From contig OX597825.1 in the NCBI GenBank assembly GCA_951406725.2, forward strand, positions 10,354,001 through 10,418,000: 64,000 nucleotides of DNA, written 5' to 3'. This stretch comes from Octopus vulgaris. Lineage: Eukaryota. The notes beneath the pieces were generated by a model that had not been told where the DNA came from, searched no databases, and worked only from the letters and a program-made list of their open reading frames with translations. Position numbers and translations under genes: made by a program. The stretch's first letter is position 1. Every line of letters begins with the position of its first letter. Below, piece by piece: positions 1-12,480 of the stretch.

Positions 1-340
1 CGGTGTTTCGGAAAATTGAAGCTATATGAGGATGAATGAATTAATAATTACACTGGGGGTATGCAATAAAAAAAAACAATTCTTTAACTTCAACAGAGTA
101 GAATTATATTCTCTCTCTCACTCTCGATGCTCCGAAGTTTATCTGCCACTATTTGTCTGTCTCTCTATGTAGCTAGCTGTGTATCCCTCTTTCTGTAGCG
201 TTGGCTGAGTTTTGAGGTCGACCATGAAATAAATACATATCGGTTGAGTTTAACCCTTTTTTAAATTATATTATTATTAATAGAGACCATTTTCTTTCGT
301 AACATGACCATGTAGATCACTATTTAATATGACTATCTGG

Positions 341-677
341 GACCCCCTTCGGTTACGACACTGACCATGGGATTGGACCTAGAAAGTTACCCTCCTAGAC
401 ACAAGTCCGGGCAAGGTTGCTTATGGAAGACCAGCAATCGCCCATGCATGGCGGCCTCCCCTCTCCACGCCACTAGTGTTATCCAAGGGAAAGGCAAAGG
501 GGCTGATACAGCTTGGCACCTGTGACGTCGCAACTCATTTCTACAGCTGAGTGAACTGGAGCAACGTGAAATAAAGTGTCTTGCCCAAGAACACAACACG
601 CAGCACGATCCGAGATTCGAGCTCACAACCTCACGATCGTAAGCTCGACGCTCTAACCACTGAGCCATGCGCCTTCA
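341..677 (-). mobile_element. tRNA-derived SINE (CORE-like head H1, unique 3' tail)
   Basis: Minus strand begins GAAGGCGCATGGCTCAGTGGTTAGAGCG...GAGCTCGAATCTCGG (A/B-box-like), followed by CORE-like TGTTCTTGGGCAAGACACTTTATTTCACGTTGCTCCAG; same head as 9109-9428. Confidence 0.8.
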
Positions 678-949
678 TATTACTAAAATGAAAAAAATGT
701 TGAACAAAAAATATTTACCTCATTTATAAATTTATTCAGTTGTTAAATGTTTTCGGGTACATATATTCTTCAAATTTTCAAAGAAATCTATTTTAATTCG
801 TAGTTGGAGTAAATTTTCTTCAGCTGGCATAAGGGCTAACCTTTCTCTCCTCTCGTATTTTTGCAGTGTAGGTTTTCTTCAATGTACAGAGACAGTTGAA
901 GAAGGAGTTGTCAAATTCATATTGCTACGATTGAAGAGTACTGGTAAAG

Positions 950-1383
950 GGATCTTTTCGGTTTGACCGGCAGTTTTTTCTAGCGGTGTCATATGAAATT
1001 GTCACCTATAATTATGACCCTAGTATCGATCTATTGCATTTCAATCTATTTTAAGGTTAGGGTTAGTTAGGGTTAGGGTTAGCGGTGGGGAGAAGGGTAT
1101 CTTTTTTCTTCAGAAATGTAAATAAACCCAATCTGTTTCTTAAACGATGGACATATTCATACGGCACAGAATGTTTTCACCTCAATAGACGTCATTGATT
1201 GGTTGAAATTGCAGAAATTGAAGAAGAAAAAAACAACAAATATCTTACAAACTATAGAATTTTCTCAATAAAGCCAAGAGAAAAAGATGTTTTATAAACA
1301 CATTCTACCAGTATACGAAGTTTAAAAGTGTTTAGTTACATGGAAATTATTTTAAAAAGCTGCCGGTCAAACCGAAAAGATCC
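950..1383. mobile_element. MITE with ~30-bp TIRs and 9-bp TSD (Mutator-like signature)
   Basis: Left end GGATCTTTTCGGTTTGACCGGCAGTTTTT; right end AAAAAGCTGCCGGTCAAACCGAAAAGATCC; CTGGTAAAG duplicated at 941-949 and 1384-1392; internal TTAGGG-like run at ~1051-1082. Confidence 0.9.
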
Positions 1384-1497
1384 CTGGTAAAGTTTATTAA
1401 AGGAAATATAATACAGTAAATTACATAGAATTTGCGTTTCAAAACTTTCCATTGAATAACACTTAGTCCACTCTGTAATCAAATTATTTCAACAAAA

Positions 1498-1728
1498 CTA
1501 CCATAAGTGGTTTTTAAGGAATTCAAAACATTCATATCTTGCTTTTAATTGCTCAACTATTATGCCTCTAATTTTGTTAAAGAGCAGTCTATTATGTTGT
1601 TGCAGGTCAATGGAATTTATCCTGAATCTTTTAATTTCGATTGCTGCATCAAATTTATATACCACCCACCCCGATCCACTCAACGTTTCATAAAATATTG
1701 AAAAATCGTTCAGTTTATTTTCAAGCAC
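1498..1728 (-). pseudogene. Possible decayed Maverick/Polinton-type DNA polymerase B N-terminal fragment
   Basis: ORF contains E..SGSGW followed by II..Q....CF spacing recalled from Maverick-associated pPolB proteins; short and weak. Confidence 0.25.
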
Positions 1729-2544
1729 GGTTCTTTTTTATTTGTTAATTACAATACACTATGTCAAGGTTTTTATTTGAAGAACGTTAAATAAAACATC
1801 AATAAAGGAAAATATGACACTAAATACTTCTCATCTACAAGAATAACTACAAATTTAGCCTGCTTCTGATCATTAACTCTGTCATTCAACATAACCTTTT
1901 GAATCGCATCAAGTCATTTTGAAATTCTGTTTGAGAGACTTGAGAGTACAGAAGTTGAGTCTAAATGACTTGCCAATTTCTCTCCATACTTACTGATTAA
2001 ATATTACAGTTTTTTTGTTTTTTTTTGTAATTCTTGCGATTACTGATCCAGTAGCAGCTTTGTAGGTCATATGATCCAGCACCAGCTGTGTATGATGTCA
2101 TCAGGCGAGTGGCTTTGAGAGTAGTGCCGCCGGATCACGTCCAAATTCTCATTGTTTTATACACAGATTCTATTTTTAGCATTCTATTGATAAAGATTAA
2201 CACGCAAGTCATAAAATACAAAATACAGTAATAGAAATATAAAAATCAAAAATATAAAATATAAAATAAATAAACCCAAAACTAGTCATCGGAAATAAAA
2301 ACAAAAGCAAAAAAATAGAAATAAAAAGCATCAAATACAAATTAACAAAACGTTGAATTCGGTCTCGTTTAACATAAACAAATCTCACCCTTTATGAAGA
2401 TAAATTAACGTTGAGATGCCAAAATATAAACTAGGATTCATTAACGCTTTTGTCTGTAAGCGTTTTCATTCGAAGGAGGCGTGGTCGACTTAATAACCGA
2501 AGCAGGAATCCAACTTCGCTGCCAGTTCGCATGATGTCTTTTAC

Positions 2545-2790
2545 CTTTTATCTTTGGCTCGTTTCAGTCATTAGACTGCGGCCAAGCTGGGGCACCGCTT
2601 TGAAGCATTTTTAGTCGAATTAATAGACCCCCAGAACTTGACTTTTGTTTAGCACGATACTTAGTCTATAGCTCTCTTTTGCCGAACTGTTAAGTAAGTT
2701 ACGAGGACGTACACACACCAACACCGGTCTTCAAGCGGTAATGGGGCGAGAAGGACACACACACAAAAATACACATACACACAAACGCAC

Positions 2791-2824
<34 letters not shown>

Positions 2825-2986
2825 GACGGGCTTCTTTCAGTTTCCCTTTACCAAATCCACTCATAAGGTTTTCGTCGGCCTGAGGTTACTGTAGAAATGA
2901 CTTGCCCGATGTGCCAAGCAGTGGGACTGAACCCAGAACCATGTGGTTGGGAACCAAGGTCCTTACTACACAGCCACGCACGCCCA
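2545..2986 (-). mobile_element. SINE family A (GGCTGTGTGGTAAG head, internal TA/TG microsatellite)
   Basis: Reverse-complement match to the near-consensus copy at 45061-45469. Confidence 0.85.
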
Positions 2987-3042
2987 CATGTAAATATATA
3001 TGTTTGTGTATGTATATACAAATATATATATACATATGTATA

Positions 3043-3079
<37 letters not shown>

Positions 3080-3080
3080 T

Positions 3081-3464
3081 GTGATTATAATCAAAATAAG
3101 CAACAAGAATGACTCCGGTAATTTGGTACGATCGTTTTTCGTACTACATCATTTTATTAAATGTTGTAAGTATTACAACAGTTTTAAAATGCTGAGCACT
3201 CATCAGCCAATTATAGAGGTTTTCCATTAATACAAAAATTTTCACTTGATATGATGACTGCTCCGCATTTTAAAACTGTTGTAATACTTACAACATTTAA
3301 TAAAATGATGTAGTACGAAACGATCGTACCAAATTACCGGAGTCATTCTTGTTGCTTATTTTGATTATAATCACCCCAAGGATTTTTATGGATAACACCA
3401 TACAGAATTCTGGTGCATCTAAATTTAGTACCAAATTCATTCGAATCTAAATTTTTGCTAAACT
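3081..3464. mobile_element. Fold-back element in (TA)n with two inverted hammerhead-like motifs
   Basis: Arms 3081-3210 and 3246-3374 are near-perfect reverse complements; unpaired tail to ~3464; (TA)n on both flanks. Confidence 0.85.
3123..3210 (-). ncRNA. Type I hammerhead ribozyme-like motif (2-nt A insertion after GAAA)
   Basis: Minus: TTGG-CTGATGA-GTGCT...AGTAC-GAAA(AA)-CGATCG-TA-CCAA; stems I and II pair and stem III has a palindromic loop. Confidence 0.65.
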
Positions 3465-3529
3465 TATATATATATATGTATATATTTATTAATGTGTGCA
3501 TGTATGTATGTATACACAAGCATAGAGAC

Positions 3530-3985
3530 AGACAGAAATAGCCATAAATGTACTGATGTGTGTCTATATACAAATGTATATATGCGTTTGAGCATGTATG
3601 GGTATGGCTGTGCTTGTATGATATCTATTTTGAATTTTGTTTGTACGATCAATCAGCGATTGTGAGAAAGTACGTCTGAGTGTGTGCGGTTGCGTATATG
3701 TATTTATATGTATGTATGATGTATGTATGTGTGTCTTTGCACGATTGTGCACATTTGTATGTACATACATGTGTGTATATCTGCGTATTTATGTGTTTTA
3801 TATGTGTGCATGTGTGTTTCTGCGACTGTGTCTGTGTCTGTGTGTATAAGTATATATACATATGCATATATATATATATCTATATATGTATGTCTGTATA
3901 TATATATATGTATGTATATATACGTGTATATATATGTATAAGTGTCTGTGTGTGTATGTGAGTGTTTATGTATGTGTATGTGGTT
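3530..3985. repeat. Compound (TG)/(TA)/(TATG) low-complexity tract
   Basis: Directly visible; explains the overlapping YI/VC-rich ORFs. Confidence 0.9.
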
Positions 3986-4674
3986 TCTCAGCAGATGCCC
4001 CTACTTGCGACAAGTAAACTTTCCTCTCACCAATATAAGCAAAACCCATTTAGCAATCTATAAGTCATCACTTATTCAACTGTCTAATCCCGTTGCATCT
4101 ATACAACAAAAGCCCTTCCAAATACGTTATCCCACACCCTTCTTAACCAAAATGGATTATAACATCTTGAATTTTTCAAATATTTATTATCATCACAATA
4201 CCGGAATACGAACATCGTTCATTTTATTACAGAATATGCACCACCTACGCAGCATCCCAAATATTTTGAGCTGTAACTCATACTCACTTCAGAGGTGACC
4301 TTTTCTTTTCCTTTTTGTTGATTTATTGATTTTTCAATTATCTTTAGTATCTGTATTTTGTAATGTGCTTTCTTTAAATATGTGTGTACTGTATTTTAGA
4401 TATTTGCATTTATTCTTTTATATGTGTTATTAGCTTCCTTTCTTTCTACTCCAGAATTACTGAACTCCCGATGGGAGTGCGATTATCATTACCACACCTT
4501 ACGGTGGCGGGATTCTTTACCTATGAATAGAACTCACAAGACTGTATCACCAGTTGCGTGATTTCGCAGACTGATAAATTGATGGAGATGTTCATACTCA
4601 GCTTTGAATAAGTACACACACACACACCCAAACATACACACAGACTCATATACATACATATATATATGTACATA

Positions 4675-4708
<34 letters not shown>

Positions 4709-4729
4709 TATACATATGCATATATATAC

Positions 4730-4760
<31 letters not shown>

Positions 4761-4763
4761 CGT

Positions 4764-4806
<43 letters not shown>

Positions 4807-4914
4807 CATACACATATGTAAATATACATATGCATATATATGTGTGTGTATGTGTGTGTGTACCCGTATAAACTATGAAGAAACTATCAGCTTATCGAAT
4901 TTCCTCGTAATTTC

Positions 4915-4952
<38 letters not shown>

Positions 4953-5424
4953 TCCAAAAGCCTTTGTAGGTGTCAGTATCAACATTCCCTAGTCAGAACT
5001 ATTTCCCTTCTGTGCATTAAATCCCAACCGAATTCTAAATACTACGCCACAAAACTGATAGCAAAATGGCATGGCGAGATGAAATATATTGGAAATTCAT
5101 GCCAAGTCATCCTGACGTAATAAGCAGCATTGAAATACAACCAGAGATCCCACATTCGTACCCCACGCAAAAAAACCAAAAAAAACACGGAAGAGCTTGT
5201 ATGTAGTCTGTAGAGAAAATGGTAAACGTATTTTTATGGATTGTCAAAGAAAGTGACTCAAAACTGGAGGAAGAAGTAAAAAGGGAGAAATAATACAAGA
5301 GTCTCCTTGTTGCCAAAAACGACCATTTTCTCCACGGCAAACGGCAGTGAAAAGTGTCCTTTTTACTGGCCAAATACATCCCAAACATATTCGAAGGGAC
5401 CTCAAAGTTTATATTTATATACGA

Positions 5425-5820
5425 CTAGCAGTATCGCCCGGCGTTGCTCGGGTTTGTAAGGAAATAACTATAAAGCATTTTTAGAGAGTTATAGCCAAAA
5501 AATAGCAAAAAAATGCATTAAAAATGGAAAAAAATGATGGTAATTTTTTTTTTAAATCGTTGACTCATCGTAGACATTTTTAGAGAGTTACTTCCCTTAT
5601 ATAATAGCGAAAAAATGCATTAAAATGGAAAAAAAATGATGGTAAATTATTTTTTAAATCGTAGACTCATTGTAGACGCGCGCTAATACTCAGAAGGGCT
5701 CGATATGAATCACGACTATAAGATACCCGGTTTTGGTTAAACTGCACCGCAAAATGTGGGAGTAGTTAGGAATCTAAATCGTAGGAGACAGACACACAAC
5801 ATCACTTTTATATATAAAAA
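5425..5820 (-). mobile_element. Non-autonomous Helitron-like element
   Basis: Minus 3' end CCGAGCAACGCCGGGCGATACTG-CTAG|T (hairpin + CTAG), shared with the Helitron end at 18762; TATATA-rich 5' end; two ~100-bp internal tandem units (~5476-5675). Confidence 0.75.
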
Positions 5821-6059
5821 TATACGAACAATTTATTTGCGTTCAGATTTCAGATTCCTCCGTGGTCGCTTTACTTTTCATCCTTCGGTGATAATAAATG
5901 AGTACCAGTTAGATAATGGGGTTGATATAATCGACTAGTCTGTCCCCCAAATTTTCAAATCCTGCACCTATAGTAGAAAGTACTATGATACAACTTTCAT
6001 TTTCATGCATCATTTGAAATTTTATCAACCCCTTACATCCTCCCTTCATTCTCTCAATT

Positions 6060-6108
6060 CTTCCTTCTCTGTCTCTCTATCTTTCTCTTTCTTTCTCTCT
6101 CTCTCTCT

Positions 6109-6142
<34 letters not shown>

Positions 6143-6860
6143 TTTCTTTCACTTCATCTTATTTTATGGCTTTCCACATTCCTTGCCCTTCACGGAATCT
6201 TTATTCATAGTCGTTTTCCCTTTTTATATTAAAAACCTTATTCTTCCTCTTCATTGTTCTTTCTCCTAGGGTTCACTGCCATTCTTCACCTCATGTATAC
6301 CTCCCCTTCTTTTCCCTCATTTTCATACCTTTACTTCACACTGTATCCTAATTTACTGGATCTTTCTTTCCTTATTCATCTTGTCTCTCCCAATACTCCA
6401 CTCTTTGTTCCACCGCATCTTCTTAGTTTTACTTTCATATCTCTCTTCCAGTCTCTCTCTCCTTCCCCCTTTCTCTCTCTCTCCTTCCCTCTCTCTCTCT
6501 CTCTCTCCCTCTCTCTCTCATTTTGTCCAGTTCCCTGCATACCATTCTCCTACACTCTCCTAGTTCTTCGTTTCCCCTCGCCTTCGCTATCCATATCTCT
6601 CCTCGATCATGCCTTCATTCTGCTTTTCCCTCCTCCTCCCCGCTCACTTCAGTCTATAAATCCCTTTCTCCCTTTCACGCCCTCTGCAGTCTTCTCAGGT
6701 TTTTTTTTATACATCTCTTATTTTCTCTCCTGTCATTTGACGTTCTCATATTTTCTCTTTTGTTGCCCTGCCTTTACATCACTTGCATCACCACCAATAC
6801 ATCTCTGACGAGAGCCCCGTTTCTAACCCCTATCTCATTACATCTCTTCTCTCTACGACT
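6060..6860. repeat. Pyrimidine-rich (CT)n low-complexity tract
   Basis: Directly visible; source of L/S/F-rich spurious ORFs. Confidence 0.85.
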
Positions 6861-7479
6861 GTCACGCAAAAAGATGGCCAATTCGCACGCAAAAACACGT
6901 ATATTTTCCAATTTCTCCATCATCGCTTACATGACAGCCATGATAAGTGAGTGACGTTTTTTTTCGACTTTATTAAAACCGAATTCACATTACAGATTGT
7001 GTCAATTTGTGTCGAACTAACAAACGATATTTGGGTTGTCAAATATATCCAATCAGCAGCCTTGTGGTCATGATCATGTGATGATGAGGATTACAGAATT
7101 AACACAGACTTAATTAATTTAAATGCTGATTAAATATTCTTTCGTGGGTTCTGTGCAGTGATTAAACTAATCACTTCGACGATCGAGTCACAGTTCTATA
7201 AATATCTCGTGGAAGTACATTTGGAATAAATAATAAATAACAAGGTTAGCAATTGTATAGGGAGAGGTTAGTTGACTGGGTTGACCCCCAAACTTGACAG
7301 GAACTTTATATTATCGACTCCAAAAGGATGAAAGGTAATGGTGATTTGAACTCAGAACATAAGGAGCCGGAAACTTGAGGTTAATTAATGAATGAATCAA
7401 TCATACTATTATATGATAATGTTTCCATCTCCATGCTCGAAATATTAAATATATCTTTTGTATAACTGGCATTCTGTGG

Positions 7480-7778
7480 ATTACGACGTGGGTCAGTCCA
7501 TCTGAGCAACGGACCTGCCAGCTCGTGAAATCAAAGTGCAAATGACCGGGCTTTCCACAGATGCATGTACCCTTAACGTAGGTTTTAGGGCACAAAGAGT
7601 GTCAAAGGCCGGTCCTTTGAATTGCAGACCACAACCTATTATTTTTGTCAGTTGAGTGGACTGGAGCAACATAAATTAAAGTGCCTTGATCCAGGACACA
7701 ATACCCCGCAGAGAATCGAACTCGGAACCTTACAATCAAGGGCCGAATACCCTAAGCGTTAAGCCACGCGCTTTCACC
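7480..7778 (-). mobile_element. Diverged SINE (H1 head, T1 tail)
   Basis: Degenerate reverse-complement match to 9109-9428 (GTACCCTTAACGTAG, GAGTGGACTGGAGCAAC, AAGCCACGCGC). Confidence 0.7.
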
Positions 7779-8009
7779 TTATTTTTTATTAGTAGTGCAC
7801 TGTATAACAATATACACTTTCGGGCAACGATTACCAAACCACGGTTTCAATTACTGGTTGCAGTAACTGATGCTTCCTAAATAAAAACTTAAGTATCACA
7901 AACAATTCATTAACCTTTCTCAAGAATAGCAAATGTAAAAGAATATATTCCAAGACGTCCGCACAAAACTATTTATTTAAAGAAGCGATATTAATTGATT
8001 GACAGACTA

Positions 8010-8340
8010 GGCAAAGTCGATCTCGTTGGAATTTGAACTCAGAACGTAAAGACGGACGAAATGCCGCTAAGAATTTTAAGAAGCGTGCTAGCGATTCTTC
8101 CAGCTCACCGCCCTGCTGGGAGCTAATATGGCTCCAAATATGCGGCAGATACCGAAGAAAACCAGTCCAATATATCAGTCAAGAGATATTTCTTTCAGCT
8201 GTTTACGTTCTGAGTTCAAATCCCGCCGAGGTCAACTTTATTTTTTAACCCTTCAGGGTCGATAAAATAAAATACCAGTCAAGTACTGGATTCGAGGCAA
8301 TTGAATTATCCTCCCCTCTTCAAATTGCTAGCCTTGAACA
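8010..8340. mobile_element. Two SINE family B fragments in opposite orientation
   Basis: ATTTGAACTCAGAACGTAA (minus, ~8010-8112) and TTACGTTCTGAGTTCAAATCCCGCCGAGGTC (plus, ~8195-8340). Confidence 0.7.
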
Positions 8341-9108
8341 CTACAACAGACGGCGCCCGTTCGGAGGAATGGTAGTGATCTCGGTTATTTTGCCAGAGAA
8401 ACCGGATTAGCCATGTGCGTTCTTGAGACGAAGAAAGAAAACACGCTCAGGACTCGTTTTATCCCGAGAAGGGATTTAAAAAATAACAAAGAGGACAAAA
8501 ATCTGGCTGCTAGTATTTGAACTCAAAGAATATCTCTTTTACATGTACAAACAGAACTAAATGCCACACAGCCTTTGGCATCGCACTCTATCTCTTCTTC
8601 AACTATATTGTCACCAAGCAACAAATAGAAGCATTAATTTAGTTGGCTATAAATTCTGTGATATAATTGCCATTAAGGTAGGTTGAAAGCAATGCATACG
8701 GCTACCATTTACATATATATCACGACGCCATTCTTCAGAGTTTAGCACTACAGACGACAACCGTTGCATATCGTTCTAATAATGAGCTGCTACTCTGCAA
8801 CTGTTTGGTTCTTAGCAATAAAGCTTTACGAATGATTATATTTCTTTATAAATAGTTGTAATTATTTTCATATCACTAATCATTGTGGCAGGGAAACGAG
8901 AAGATATGGAAAACAGGTCCTAAAATAAATTAGCTAATTCAATCATAATATTACAACTTTCTCTCTCTCTCTCTTTTTCCTTCTTCCTCTCTCTCTCTTT
9001 CTCTCTTTCCCTCTCTCGCTCTTTCTTTGTACATATATATATTTATATATGCGTGTGTGTGTGCGTGCGTGTATACCTATATACGTATATAATATTATAG
9101 TGTGCATG

Positions 9109-9428
9109 TGAGGGCGCGTGGCTTAGTGGTTAGGGCATTCGGCTCATGATCGTAAGGTTGTGAGTTCGATTCCCGGCGACGCGTTGTGTCCTTGAGCAAG
9201 ACACTTTATTTCACGTTGCTCCAGTCCACTCAGCTGGTAAAAATGAGTTGTACTTGTATTTCAAAGGGTCAGCCTTGTCACTCTCTGTGTCACGCTGATT
9301 ATCCCCGAGAACTACGTTAAGGGTACACGTGTCTGTGGAATGCTCAGCCATTTGCACGTTAATTTCACGAGCAAGCTGTTCCGTTGATCGTATCAGCTGG
9401 GATCCTCGTCGTCGTAACCGGCGGAGTC
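9109..9428 (+). mobile_element. Full-length tRNA-derived SINE (CORE-like head H1, tail T1) with 14-bp TSD
   Basis: A box TGGCTTAGTGG, B box GAGTTCGATTCC, CORE-like segment; TSD TTATAG(T/A)GTGCATG at 9095-9108 and 9429-9442. Confidence 0.9.
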
Positions 9429-9884
9429 TTATAGAGTGCATGCGTTTGTGTGTATGTGTATAGGCTGTGCTATACGAAACAATTAATGTTCATATTGTTA
9501 AATAGTAATTCCATTTTAAGTATATAAAATTAAATTTACCGCAACATGGTCGTTAGTCTATCCATTACACTGGTAATGGATAGAATTATATTGGCCTGAT
9601 TATATATGGCTTGATGAAGGCTTGTAGGGAAGTGGCTGGGATGTTGAGTTGCCAATCGTTAAGTCGTGGGTTCGGATTTCAGAGCAAGCTGTTCATTGTC
9701 TTTAAGCAAGGCATTTCCCTTCATGTTACTTCAGTCTACTAAAAGGATAATGAGTACCAGCGAAAGTAGATAGCCGCTGCTGGGGCCATGGGGTTAAAGT
9801 TGCGACGGACTGATAGATGATGTATATAGCCATTTCTGTCTACCGCAAGAAGATAGTTTTTTTCTCTTATTTTTCTTTTATTTT

Positions 9885-10250
9885 CTTTTTTATTTGTTTC
9901 AGTCATTTGACTGCGGTCATGCTGGAGCACCATCTTTAGTCGAACAAATCGACCCCCAGCCTATTACTTATTCTAGTGACTCTTTTGCCGAACCGCTAAG
10001 TTACGGGAGACGTAAACACACCAGCATCTGTTGTCAAGCGATAGTGGTGGGGACAAATACAGACACATACAAACATACACACACACATATATACATGCAT
10101 CCATATATATATGATGGGCTTCTTTCAGTTTCCGTCTACCAAATCCTCTCACAAGACTTTGGTCGGCCCGAGGCTATAGTAGAAGACACTTGCCTGACTG
10201 AACCCAGAACCATGTAGTTAGTAGGCAAGCAACTTACCGCACAGCCACTC

Positions 10251-10251
<1 letters not shown>
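9885..10251 (-). mobile_element. SINE family A
   Basis: Reverse-complement match to 45061-45469 with small deletions. Confidence 0.85.
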
Positions 10252-10287
<36 letters not shown>

Positions 10288-10403
10288 ATTATTATTATCA
10301 TTATTATTATTATTATCATTATTATCATTATTATTATCATTATTATTATCTTTTTTTTTCTTCTTTCAAATTTGCTTCCATTTCTTGCCGAGTGTCTTCC
10401 CGA

Positions 10404-10493
<90 letters not shown>

Positions 10494-10512
10494 ATTATTA
10501 TTATTATTACTA
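10252..10512. repeat. (TTA)n/(TAA)n array with embedded ~55-bp module and an internal strand switch
   Basis: (ATT)n, module 10349-10405, (AAT)n switching to (ATT)n near 10452. Confidence 0.85.
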
Positions 10513-10637
10513 TTTTGGAAATGTTAAATGTATTCTTGTTCTTATCTAAATCTATTGATTCCAACGCATTTGATACTAATAAGATCTTTTTATAGCGTTC
10601 ATTGTTTTACATGACTTTCCATCGATTGCATTATAGG

Positions 10638-10725
<88 letters not shown>

Positions 10726-11229
10726 ATATATGTATATACGCATGGCCTCTGCTAAAGACAATTTAAGTTTTATATTATTACTTCACTTTAAATTATTGCA
10801 ACTGTTTCTAATTTGATTGAATCTTTCATTTTCTTTTTACGTCCTCTCGTATATTTGAAATGGTATTACTTCCGTTTAGTTTGACCAATGTTGCTGTGTC
10901 TGTCTATGTTTCGATTTTATTTTCGTTAAACTCTACAAGAATCAAACGGGATTTATTTTATTCTCTTTATCCAATTTAAGTCCTTTTATATAACTTTTCT
11001 AATGAATACTGCCTGCATTTTAGTCCCTCTGAAATTCCTACATTTCTCCATTCTTTATGTATGTGTGTGTGTTTGTGTGTCAGTGTGTGTGTGTATGTGT
11101 GTATGTGTGTATGTGTGTGTGTTTGTGTATGTTTGTGTGTATGTGTTTTTGTGCGTTTGTGTGTATGTTTGTGTATGTGTATGTGTGTATTTGTGTGTGT
11201 GTTTGTGTGTGTATTTGTGTATGTGTGTA

Positions 11230-11266
<37 letters not shown>

Positions 11267-11289
11267 ATAAATATATACATACATAAGTA

Positions 11290-11502
11290 TCGGTGTTGGT
11301 GCCACGTTAAAATGCATTGGTGCTGTTGCCATGTAAAAAGCACCCAGTACTCTCTGTGAAGTCGTTGGCGGTAGGAGGCTGTCCAGCCGTAGAAACCACG
11401 CCCAAACAAGACAACGGCTTCAGGGCTTACCAGCTCCTATCAAATCGTCCAGCTCATACCATTTCGGAAAGCAGACGCTAAATGGCGATGATGATGATGG
11501 TG

Positions 11503-11535
<33 letters not shown>

Positions 11536-11590
11536 CGACGACGACGACGATGACAATGACGACGACGATGATGATGATGATGACGACGAT
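11290..11590 (+). mobile_element. 3' part of a further SINE-like repeat with (GAT/GAC)n tail
   Basis: GGTGCCACGTTAAAATGCA...TGCCATGTAAAAAGCAC duplicated motif, ending GACGCTAAATGGCG then (GAT)n; family assignment from recall only. Confidence 0.55.
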
Positions 11591-12014
11591 GGAACAAAAA
11601 CGCAATGGAGGGCATTAAAACGTTCGGACAGATAGACAACACAAAGGCAGACAAGAGAAACAACAATTAGAAGGACAGGCAAAAAAAGGCGGGTCATTCT
11701 TGGCTTTCTTTCATCAGTCAAGTCCCAGAAGTCACAACCATTTCGGGCAGTTACACTTGAGATGGTTCGATCTGGTTGCCCCACAAAAAGTTTAAACTAA
11801 GAGCATTAGACCCCTTTGTAAGAAAGCTAGCGAATGTGTACAGCAACAAAGACAACAAAGCAAACAAAAAAACGGAGAATTATTATTTAATTGAATGCCA
11901 CGCATCCGTTTCCAAATAAGTATATATATGTATGTGTTTGTGTGTGTATAGATAGACATATAAATACATGTCTATCTATACGTATGTATGTGTATATATA
12001 TATATATATAATGA

Positions 12015-12385
12015 AATAATTTTATTCTCAAACGTAGGATAATGGTAATAATATAGCATGAACAGGATAAACTACCCATATTTTGCAGGAAAATGTGTCG
12101 GCGGCAAGCCATGAGACTCGAACTCAACATCCTTGTGATTACGTGTCGCAGTGCTTTACCTTTAAGCTAAACTGACCCAACAACAAATTCTTCTGCAAAT
12201 TTAGGATATGTAAATCTCGCTTTATAAGACGCTATCGTACGTTAAATTCAAAATATGGATAGTTTATCCTGTTCATGCTGTATCATTAACATTATCCTGC
12301 GTTTGAGAATAGAATTATTCCCTTATCTTTCAATACATCTCAACGCTTCTAAAGCAAACTTTGTTTACTTTCATCGTAATTTGAA
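12015..12385. mobile_element. Fold-back element in (TA)n with tRNA-like sequence in the loop
   Basis: Arms 12015-12085 and 12249-12319 are reverse complements with about six mismatches; tail to ~12385; (TA)n on both flanks. Confidence 0.85.
12101..12178 (-). promoter_or_regulatory. tRNA-derived Pol III promoter-like segment
   Basis: Minus GGGTCAGTT-TAGCTTAAAGG-TAAAGCAC...GAGTTCGAGTC: A-box and B-box at tRNA-like spacing; acceptor stem imperfect. Confidence 0.65.
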
Positions 12386-12430
12386 TATATATATATATAT
12401 TGCATATGCATGTAAATATAGACAGTCAAA

Positions 12431-12480
<50 letters not shown>

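Noticed and set aside
1051-1090. True telomere or chromosome fusion site
   Set aside because: Only a few degenerate units, and they lie inside a MITE.
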